NCBI RefSeq assembly: GCF_006345805.1
Contig: NC_043013.1
Coordinates: 11,408,001-11,472,000, forward strand
Length of the DNA stretch: 64,000 nucleotides
From: Octopus sinensis
Lineage: Eukaryota
Direction: 5' to 3'
In this document: positions 53,014 to 64,000 of the stretch, one piece after another
Position numbering within the stretch: the stretch's first letter is position 1
How the letters are laid out: each line of letters opens with the position of its first letter
The notes under the pieces: model-generated
What the model was told of the DNA's origin: nothing
The model's input: only the letters and a program-made list of their open reading frames with translations
The model's database searches: none
Made by a program: the position numbers and the translations under genes

Positions 53014-53328
53014 ATATATATCCACACACACGCACGCACACAATGTACGGTATGATTGTATGAAATTGCACAAGTGTGTGCTATGCGTGTGGTGCATGCT
53101 TGCATGCGTGTGCGCATCTGGTGTGTGCGCGTGTGTACAGGCAGGTTCGTAGCTCTGTGTGCATAACGTATCTCTAGGAAAGTGTACGCCAGTTAGATAA
53201 AGAAAGTGGCAGGTGCGAGAGTGGTTGAAGTGTTGATAGGTAAAAGAATATATAAGCAAAAAAACTAAAGTCTGTTGTAGAAGATAGAAGGAAATTTAAG
53301 CTAAGATCTATATATATATATATATATC

Positions 53329-53361
<33 letters not shown>

Positions 53362-53448
53362 AAGTATGTATATATATATATCTATATATATGTATATTTA
53401 TATATATGTGTGTGTATATGTGCGCGTTTGTGTTTGTGTATATGCATG

Positions 53449-53493
<45 letters not shown>

Positions 53494-53714
53494 ATGTGTG
53501 TGTGTGCAAGTGTATATATATATATATAGACAGAAATGTCAGAATATGCACATACATATATATATACATTCATACATATACATATTTACATATACATGTT
53601 TACACTCATGAATACATGCATGTTCACATACACAAGCACAAGCATATATTATAAATATATACACACAGTATATGCATATCCCTATATATATATGTATATA
53701 TATATATTATATAT

Positions 53715-53745
<31 letters not shown>

Positions 53746-54249
53746 TAAGAGAGAGTGGGAGGGAAGAAGTGATAGATATAGTTAGAGTTAGATAGATATA
53801 CGTACATGTATATATATATATAATTATATATAATATATATATATATTATATATATATATCTGTATGTATACGTATTCTGAGATACGTATACATAGGTATA
53901 AGCCAGCATAATCAATAATTGTTACTTATACTTCAACAGGTTTCCTGTACGCTTCTTTGCTTCCCAGAATCTACCAGAATGACAACACAGCTCAGCACAC
54001 TTGACTGGGCATATAAGAGATGCAGATAAAACGGAAAAAAATATCTTTGAATCTTTTAGACAACACCAATGGGGAATACGATTAAGAAGCATAATTTTCA
54101 TAGTAGATTATACGTGTGTAAGTATATGAGTGTGGCTGGATGTGTGCGTATGTGTGCCTTTGTATGCGTACGTATGTAGATAGGTATGTGAGTATCTATC
54201 AATATATATACATATATACATATATATATATATATCCTTCTCTATGTGT

Positions 54250-54291
<42 letters not shown>

Positions 54292-54696
54292 CACATATAT
54301 GCAGATCTTATACGAGGGTATATGCGTATGCTAGTTCATATGCATGCGTCCATATATATGTATGTGTGTATACTACACGTATATATACTTATATATACGG
54401 ATGTATACACTTATATGCTGTATATATATATATATATATATATAGCCACATGCGTATAGACTATCACATGTATTCATATGTATAACTACATATATGTATA
54501 CATATGTATAGATACGCAAAATACGTGAGTGCATATATATATACATGCATATATACTCAGATGGATGCATGTATACATAGATAAATATACAGATACAAAG
54601 ACATTGTTTCGTATATATCTCTATGCACGTGTTAATATATGCATAATATATATCTACGTAATATTTATATATGCATACGATATATATAATATTATA

Positions 54697-54729
<33 letters not shown>

Positions 54730-55100
54730 ATATACAGTTATGTATACTCGCATACACATACCGATATGTATATGCATGTATAAATGCTATTTGAGATTAC
54801 CAGAGAGCGAATCTGCGCAAGAAATTCAAAGATATCAAGTGGGAATTATATGAATAATGTGTATGTCACAGTAATACTCCATATGTGTGAGTACTTCAGT
54901 GGAATAGTATACATGTATTTATGTGTATAAGTCTATAGAATATTGTGGAAAGCAGGTAGATTGACAACGTAAACTTTCGTTGACATCATACTTCAAACTT
55001 CCAAATATGCGATTCGTGTTAGTGCGTTTATAGTTATAGGGTTAGAGACACGAGAACACGGTTATACATAACTGTATCGCATGTTAGGCATGTACATTGC

Positions 55101-55135
<35 letters not shown>

Positions 55136-55414
55136 TATATATGTGTGTGGTGTGTGTGTTGTGTGTGTGTGTGTGTACACGTATATAGATAAATAGGCAT
55201 AAATATATATGAATATATATATATATATATACATATATATACATACATATATAATTATGCCTATATATCTATATAGGTGTACACACACACATATATATGT
55301 GTATATATATATAAGCATATATGCATGTGGAGTTAGATATATATATATATATAGATAGATAGATAGATAGATAGATAGACACATAGTTAGGTAGATAGAT
55401 ATATGGATAGATAG

Positions 55415-55492
<78 letters not shown>

Positions 55493-55650
55493 TCATTATG
55501 TCAGAAATACGCCTGTACGTGCATCAAAAACGTTTTATTAATAAACTTGAAACACACAAAATTAATTTCCTCATAACCTCAAACCAACAAGAAATCTGGT
55601 AAAGTCCCAGAAAATGAAGAATCGAAGATAAGAGACACACTTACTCATCT

Positions 55651-55707
<57 letters not shown>

Positions 55708-56478
55708 GCGTGCGCACACACACCTACAGGCACACGCACTGTAGGAGAGAGACAGAGGTTGAGAATGAAAAGGACTGGTTCGAAAAGAATTACGTGCAAA
55801 TGTAAAATATAAAATAGACACACGCTTAACCAGATACACTGTAAAAGCAATCGTCGTATCAAAAATCCAAAAAAGAAGACGATTCTGTGTACTGTTTCTG
55901 AAGAGTTGGTCATTTCACTCAACTGCAATCTTGAAAATAAGAAAAAAATAAAAATAAATAGTAAATGAATACAAACTAGATAAATAGAAGATCCTCGTCC
56001 CCTCATCAATGTCCTCCACACCCCGCCGCCTGCCAGTTTATTCTATCTTACGTGTGACCTGATATTTCGTCAAGGAAAAGTAGCTAATTCACATGGGTGA
56101 ATATCTCTCGTATTCATACATGACAGTTCATTCACTCATCAAATGAGCTAGCTTCAACTCAACTGGCTTCGTTTTCATCTGTTCAGACACACGGACACGG
56201 ATTCACTCACTCATACACACACGTACAAACACTCGCTCGCACACAAACACACACACATATACACGTACGTGCATACGCAGACATATACACACGAACACAC
56301 ACATATACACTCACCAGCAGATACACAGACTCGTATGTACATTGAATATGCCCACACAGGAATGCGCAAAAATCGAGAGAAGTTTAGTGATGAAGCAATG
56401 TGTGGTATACATACATCGAAACAAGCAAGCATACACACATACGTATACATATAGATATAGATATATTATTATACATAC

Positions 56479-56511
<33 letters not shown>

Positions 56512-56574
56512 CGTATATCCATTACGTTATATATATATACATACATATAATATCTTATACATATACAAATACAG

Positions 56575-56619
<45 letters not shown>

Positions 56620-56625
56620 ATATAG

Positions 56626-56659
<34 letters not shown>

Positions 56660-56667
56660 ATAGATAT

Positions 56668-56708
<41 letters not shown>

Positions 56709-56905
56709 TAGATAGATAGATAGATAGATAGAGATAGATAGATGATAGATAGATAGATAAATGCACACATACAGAAGTGCATGGTACGTGATGTACAATT
56801 GCCTTCCCATATAGCACACAGAAAGGAGAACACACAGACACGCATACATACATACATATACACATCTATCTCTTCTTTCTGTCTCTGTCTGTCTGTCTCT
56901 CTCTC

Positions 56906-56957
<52 letters not shown>

Positions 56958-57008
56958 TATATATATACACATATTATATATGTATATGATTATATATATA
57001 TGTATATG

Positions 57009-57069
<61 letters not shown>

Positions 57070-57684
57070 GGATATGTATATAGGTATATAAAATGCTTAT
57101 GCTTATACATGCACAAAATATGTGTATACATGTTGCATGTATCTCCTTCTCCACCCAGTCTCTCCCCCTCTCTCTTACATACTCTCTCTCACTCTCTTTC
57201 TTTCTATATATATACATATATGTGTGTATACATACATATATACACATGCACACATTCACACGCACATACACGCACTCACACACATACACAGGCGAACACA
57301 TATGCATATACATTTAGAAAGATGTCCCATAGCAATTGGAGTGTCATTTCATCTTAAGTGAAGTGTTCGTTTCCATGGCTACATGACGCATATATTTCGT
57401 TCAACCTCTTTTCTTTTTTTAACTTTATGAAATGCAGATATAGCTTCAAGTATATTAACGCAACCTACCATTGTTACTGAGCCACTATCTAGGATATGCT
57501 CTTCCAGCAACTGTACTGCAATGCTGTGCTGTACACTAATGTATAAAATATCTGTGATGCTTGCTAGCTTGTTTCCTGCTTTTATTTGGTGGCACTGAGG
57601 GGATCATGTAGTCTTCATCATGCTTGGATCTTTGAGGTCATATAGGTTTCATCATGCTTGGATCTAAATAGATGCACCAGTTCT

Positions 57685-57982
57685 TCCCATCGCTGCCGCT
57701 ATCGTGCCAGCTCCCGTGCATCGTCCCGCATCACCTCAAGCCCCTGGTGATATTCTTTAATCCCGTCCAGCTATCTGCTGCACGGCCTGCCACAGGGCCC
57801 CTTGCAGCCTGTAGGAGGATTTCCCCCGGTAGGATGATTTCCCATCGCTGCCGCTCTCGTGCTAACTCCCCTGCATACTCCTGCATGACCCCAATCCAAT
57901 GGAGATCTTCTTAAATCCCGTCCAGCTATGTGTTACGGTGCCTGCTTTATCGAATGAGAGTAAGGCCCTGGTAGGATGATTT
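57685..57982 (+). repeat. Two-unit diverged tandem repeat (period ~155 bp), relatively GC-rich
   Basis: TCCCATCGCTGCCGCT at 57685 and 57840; AATCCCGTCCAGCTAT and GGTAGGATGATTT are in both units. Confidence 0.85.
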
Positions 57983-58244
57983 GGCAGGACGCAGAGGACA
58001 TGTGTGAACAAGCGCATGCAGCATGTCGCTAGGAGGCGAGAGGCTGTGCACGTAATTCTTTGTGGCAAACGTAATGGTATCATTTGATGTTCTCGATGCT
58101 TCTCAGAGTTCAGCTATCAAAACCTTCTGTCCCTTTTGCCAGGGACTTCGTGAAGGGCTACGTTTCTATTCCATAGAGAAGAGCAGAGAGAAGCGACGCG
58201 TGAAAGATGCGTAGCTTTGTCTTCAGGGATATTGTGTGTGTGTG

Positions 58245-58245
<1 letters not shown>

Positions 58246-58314
<69 letters not shown>

Positions 58315-58333
58315 CCTACCTATCTATCGATCG

Positions 58334-58395
<62 letters not shown>

Positions 58396-58408
58396 ATCTA
58401 TTTATCTT

Positions 58409-58454
<46 letters not shown>

Positions 58455-58490
58455 GATCGATCGATCGAGCTATCTATCTATCTATCTATT
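58246..58490 (+). repeat. (TCTA)n tetranucleotide array; similar arrays at 1426-1505, 55340-55490 and 56620-56760
   Basis: Directly visible. Confidence 0.98.
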
Positions 58491-58504
58491 ATTTATATTA
58501 TATA

Positions 58505-58563
<59 letters not shown>

Positions 58564-58984
58564 ATTATATAAAAGACACGAGTTTTATGTGCTACTAATA
58601 GTTTTTTATGCTGAGAACATGCCAAATAATGAATTATAACATGTGTAACATTCCAATACAGTCATCAGGCACAGACCACATAGTATAACGGACTAAAGTT
58701 TGAATATAGGTGTGAGCGAACTTGTGCGCGTATGTGAAAGGATGCGTGTATATATATTCGTAGAAATGCTGAAAAGCTCCTGCTTTCAAGGGTATCGCGA
58801 AAGGCTGGAGGCCATACCTTCCGAGTTATTTTTTACAGAGTTATAAAAACTGAAGGACCGCTGCAATAAGTATGTTTATCTGACAGGGGAATATGTTGAA
58901 TATCATAATTAACTGATCTTCTTTGTAGTAATTCAAAGCGAGAAACTTTTCAGCATACCCTCGAGCATATATATATATATATAT

Positions 58985-59020
<36 letters not shown>

Positions 59021-60189
59021 TACTTTAGTTAAAGCACCAGAAAATTCAACAAAATCTGTTTTTCTCTGAGTTTCACGTTGCCGTTCATCGGACAGTTTTT
59101 ACACCGGTATATACATATATATATATATATAAAAGCAATGACAGGGAGAGAGAAACACAGAGAGACTCATAGAAATATATGTGTGTGTGCGTGTATCTGT
59201 ATAAATTGTTTATCGTTTACGTTTTTCAGTCATACGACTACGACCATGCTGTCACACGACCATGAAGCAGTTTACTCGAACGAATCCATACCAGTACTTA
59301 TGTATTTACTTTTCTGTCTGTCTGTATGTATGTATATATGTATGTATACACATACATATCATAATTCTGATTTGTCAAAGGGGCACCGATTCCCACTTTA
59401 TGGAATGTAATATTTTAATGCTAATAATGCACAGTGTTATTAAGGAGTGGATTTGAGGCGTTGGGTTTCATTTTACTCCTCCGTTCTTCGGCATCATTCA
59501 AACTTAAATGTTGGATCAGATTGCATTCACGCGTGCGTGCGTGTTTGCGTGTGTTTCCGCGCGTGATTGTGTAAGTATGTGTTAAAGCACTAACACACTA
59601 TCAAGTATAGGTCATCTCCGATTCTCTCCTCTAGATCTTACTGGATTTGAGCTCTCATAGATGTTTCTCTAACATTGCATTTTTCTAAGTAAAGGCATTG
59701 ACCCGAATGCAAGCACATTTTTACATTTGGAAAAAGATAGCCCATATCATTCAGTATTTCGATATGACCATTAGGTGAAGTCCCACGATGGGCTACCGTT
59801 TTGATAGTTTTACTCTCAAGCAATGTCCGGCAATGTTTATTCAGACGCATTTTGTGATGTCGGCGCGAAAATACCTTAAGCTAAACCTGACGGCAATGAA
59901 GAATCATCTATAACTTGCAGTAAGCAACATTTTTTTAAATAAAAGTATTCAGAACACAGAATATCATGTAACAAAAAAAATGTGCAAAAATATTTACATT
60001 CCCATATAAGAACATCGCCGTTATTGTATTACGCACGCGGAAGTGTTTGTTCGACTAGGTGCTGCTGGCTTAATTACACTGGACTCAAGTTAGTGAAGGG
60101 ATGCGTATTATACACAAGGTTTAGGTTTTTCAGAAGTAATTCCCCCTAAAAATTGCCTGCGCACTATACTCGAGGATTTACGCTATATA

Positions 60190-60340
60190 GACTGACAACA
60201 GATATACGGAAAGTACTAGAATAAGTACGAAGCATTAAAAATTAAGTACTTGGTTGGGTATAATCGACGGAAACATTCTCCATTATTGTGCCCCTGCATG
60301 GCAGCAGTCTAATGACTGAAACATTAAAAGATAAGAGATT
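60190..60340 (+). mobile_element. SINE family A tail, degraded
   Basis: TAGAATAAGTAC.AAGC...GTGCCCCTGCATGGCAGCAGTCTAATGACTGAAACATTAAAAGATAAG. Confidence 0.6.
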
Positions 60341-62280
60341 TAAAAACAATTACTACAGATATCAAGATGGGTTCTTTACTTTTTCTTACAAATAGATTAT
60401 AACGGGTACCGTATCGTCATTTGCACGATGAACAGCGAGAATGAAGACTTGAATATGTACTCTTAATACTTTCCGGCAGATTCGAATATGAAAATATAAT
60501 AATCGAGGGTGTGTTTCCTCCAAAGAGAAAAAAACTTATTTTTCGAAGAGTGGGTGTTATTAATACATTTGATTTATAATCATAAGAGACAACGGGATAC
60601 AAGCTCGTGTCAGAAAAAAAAGCATCCGCACAAATGAATTTAACAAAACATCGAATATCCTGTTTATAATTTCGGTGAGTTGTTTGCTGATGCCTGTTCG
60701 ATATCTGTCAACCGATGATAAAAATCGCTCTCTGCACTATATGCTTTTGACTGAAGTGACATAACAATGTCGAAACATCGGGTGCTATGAACACATACTG
60801 GTCGTAAAGGAATTGTTCTTCCATGACCGAAACGAAATACTGATTAGCATATTCTTGTTCGAATTCCCTGTGCTTATTAAAAATAAATATGTGTATCAGG
60901 ATTAAGTCTCCGTCGACGTATAATGTAATATTTCTTTTAATATCTATATTAAAAGTTGAGCAGAAACAGCTGTAATAAATATTTGGGTAGTTAGCTTATA
61001 TCATGTTTTATTTTTTATTCTATTGTGCTTATTATTCTTTCTTAGACAATGAAATTCTATGCTGACGTCAGTGTTAGAAATGTAATTGCTATCCTTTGTT
61101 AATCAAGCAGATATTTCTGACGTAAGCAAACGAGAAAAGATGACACTTATTTCTATAACTTGCATATGAAAAGTTAGTTGTGTTTCTAAGAATAATGTAT
61201 CTAACAAGTATTGAAATCTTACATATAGAGATGAGAAAAACTAAAAGAATTAGCTCATATTAGCATTTTACAGCAAATATCAAGGGATTGAGCTAATATT
61301 TGAAATGAGCACTGTTTCCCGAAGCAGTATGTCTTAGAAATATTTTCTTAACCACGAAAACAATAGGGTGAGAATGCACTTGTTGGTAATGTGTGTTAAC
61401 CGAATGACTTGAGACTGGATTCAAGGATATGAGGCATTTTAGTATATATCTTTTTGGCCCCGATTTTTGGGGTCACTGATTTGAAGCAAACGTATTTCAT
61501 ATAAGGCGTTTTAATGTGGCTCTCGTTCTCTCCCTCGTTTGTTATTTCCCTCCCTCGTTTGTTCTGTCGCTCTTTCTATCTTTTATTTTCCCACCTCTCT
61601 CTCTTTTTCACTACATGTGTGTGTGCGTGTGTATATGAGTGCGTGTTTGTGTGTGTGTGCGTCTGTGTGTTTGAGCATATTTCTCTACATGTCTATGAGA
61701 AAAGAGAAGCTATGTCAGTCGTTTTCTATTAATAATAAGTAACGTCTATTTCACTCTTTGTCTTTCGTCTCCACCCTGTTTCTCACACCATCTTTTCACT
61801 TTTATAATTATATTTCCCTACGCGTGTCAGTGTGTGTTAGCCTCAAGTGCCAAAACACACTGTCGCCGGACCAGGTCCAATGCTTTAAGAAATCGTCAGT
61901 GTCCAAGCAACCGACCTCAATCGTTCGTTTCACAGCTTCCGAAAATCCTGTTGGATGATAAATCGCGATTTCAGTTTCATAGGGATTCACATCAATGTTA
62001 CCTTTCTAGTGTTATAGAGAGAAACCTCCCTAAGCGTATTTCAATAAAAGTGAAGAATAAAGGATCAAAATCTTTATCTGCACGTTTTGACGGGCATAAA
62101 GGGTGGAAAATAGTATGTAGTATACTGGGATATATAAAAATGTTAGAAGTTTACTTTCCAACCTACAAACAAAATTACTTTGGCGCAGACAGACATAATT
62201 TTTCAAAAAAGCATTTCACCTGCTCCTACTAAAAAAGAAACAAAGAGCTTTATTTTGAATAAAAAAAAAAAACCTCTTTC

Positions 62281-62513
62281 AAGGTGGCGAGTTGGCAGAA
62301 ACGTTAGCACGCCGGGCGAAATGTTTAGAGGTATTTCGTCTGCCGTTACCTTCTGAGTTCAAATTCCGCCGAGATTGAATTTGCCTTTCATCCTTTCGGG
62401 ATCGATAAATTAAGTACCATTTAGCACTGGAATCGATGTAATCGACTTAATTCCTTCGTCTGTCCTTGTTTGTCCTCCCCTATGTTTAGCGCCTTGTGAG
62501 CAATAAAGAAATA
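62281..62513 (+). mobile_element. SINE family B, full length, well preserved
   Basis: AAGGTGGCGAGTTGGCAGAAACGTTAGCACGCCGGGCGAAATG (A-box-like TGGCAGAAACG), B-box-like GAGTTCAAATTCC at 62355-62367, and core TTTGCCTTTCATCCTTTCGGGATCGATAAATTAAGTACC. Confidence 0.93.
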
Positions 62514-62529
62514 AGAAACGTTAGTAGAC

Positions 62530-62710
62530 CGGGTGACGCGTTGTGTTCTTGAGCAAAAGACATCATCTCATGTTGCTCCAGTCCACTCAACTGGCAAAAA
62601 GGAGTAACGCTGCGATGGACTGGCATCCTGTTCAGCTGAGGAACACATACGCCATTGAAACCGGGAAACCGGGCCCATGAGCCAGGCTAGGCTTTAAGAG
62701 GGCGCATTTA
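62530..62710 (+). mobile_element. SINE family C body (head missing), fused to the preceding family B copy
   Basis: GACGCGTTGTGTTCTTGAGCAAAAGACATCATCTCATGTTGCTCCAGTCCACTCAACTGGCAAAAAGGAGTAA...GAAACCGGGAAACCGGGCCCATGAG is colinear with 23545-23700. Confidence 0.85.
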
Positions 62711-62814
62711 TTATTTATTATTTTTATTATATGTGAATATATGCATTTATATATATATGCATACATATATTCGTGCGTCCTTACGATCTGAGATCAAGTT
62801 CCTTTGAGGTTGAA

Positions 62815-62930
62815 ATTACATTTCATCATTTCGGAGTCGGCAAATAAATACCAATTGAGCACTGGGATGTATGTAATCGTCTAACCCCTCCCACAAAATT
62901 CCTAGCCCTTGTGCCCAAATTTGAAACATA
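62815..62930 (+). mobile_element. SINE family B, 3' fragment
   Basis: TTTCATCATTTCGGAGTCGGCAAATAAATACCAATTGAGCACTGGGATGTATGTAATCG...CCCTTGTGCCCAAATTTGAAAC. Confidence 0.75.
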
Positions 62931-63266
62931 TATATATATACATATATATATACATAGATAGATAGGTAGATAAATAGATAGACAGATAGATAGATAGATA
63001 TAGATATAGATATATATGCATATACACACATACTCACATATATATAAATAAATACTTTGCGAATGTAAAGCAGTTTGTTTCTTAGGATCTCAAACTCTCG
63101 TCTACGTATTACACACATACATAAAGTAATATATACGCGCATATACACATATGTGTAAACATACACATGTATATATACTTATATATATATATAATATATA
63201 TAAGTGTATGTGTGCATATACATATCTATATGTCTATATATATGTGTGTGTGTATATGCATGTACG

Positions 63267-63307
<41 letters not shown>

Positions 63308-64000
63308 CCACCCTGATTGTATGCCTGTATGTGCAAACACGGGCGATTGCCTGAAATATACACAAACAGTTAAACAATTGTATATCTGTTTTGTTGGAAG
63401 ATCAATTTTCTTTTTTAAAAACTGCTCATTCGTAAATATTCACTTATTATTTATTATTTATTATTATAATTTTTAATATTGTTATTATTATCATTATTCC
63501 TCCCCCTTTTCCATCTCCATCTCACTTCGCCGTTGTTGTTGTTGTTGTTGTTTTTGTTATTATTATTAATATTATTATTATTATTGTTATTATTATTAAT
63601 CTTCAATTTTTCTTGTTATACGAGTGTGAATTTTCATCTATATAACTAACTAGCATGAATACCTCTTTTTTCCTATATATGCTACACACACATGCACAGA
63701 CATAAGGGTGCCCACACGTACATAATGTATATATACACACACACGCACGCACACAAATAGAATATACATGTATATATGTGTTTATATATATATATATGTA
63801 TATACATATACATATATATATGTGTATGTATATGTATATATATATAATATATATATATATACATTTTGTATATATGTATATATATATATATATATTATAT
63901 ATATATATATATACATTTTATATATATGTATGTGTATATATATATATACATATATATATATATAGTATGTATGTATACTGGTTTACTATTTTTTGGTGTA

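Noticed and set aside
61834-62232. 132-aa plus-strand ORF starting at TTG
   Set aside because: No recognisable domain, no splice signals and a non-ATG start.

Overview
Eukaryotic, very AT-rich, repeat-saturated DNA. The SINE families, the long (TA)n/(AAT)n/(GATA)n tracts and an invertebrate-type mitochondrial 12S fragment point to an octopus (cephalopod) nuclear intergenic or intronic region; this taxon call is pattern recognition, not a database search. I found no intact host protein-coding gene. Almost all listed ORFs are translations of microsatellites (poly-IY, poly-I, poly-N, poly-H). The real coding remnants all belong to decayed transposons: a mariner 3' end (3087-3665), R4/Dong-clade LINE pieces (3740-4315, 4950-8370, 35140-35390), a Tc1 N-terminal piece (6482-6988), a CR1/L2-like tail (30355-30620) and an RTE 3' half (45760-46539). 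There are more than 20 copies of four tRNA-derived SINE families (called A, B, C and K here), a ~550-bp (AAT)n-associated element (called D) and two Penelope-like terminal fragments. The most notable items are: a mitochondrial 12S rRNA insertion (NUMT) inside a LINE; a perfect, spacer-less 108-bp palindrome centred on (TA)n; minimal hammerhead-ribozyme-like folds with a CCGACGA core variant; signs that element D and the Dong LINEs target (AAT)n microsatellites; and a decayed Pro/Ala-rich coding-like tandem repeat. No prokaryotic-type system (CRISPR, operon) is present.
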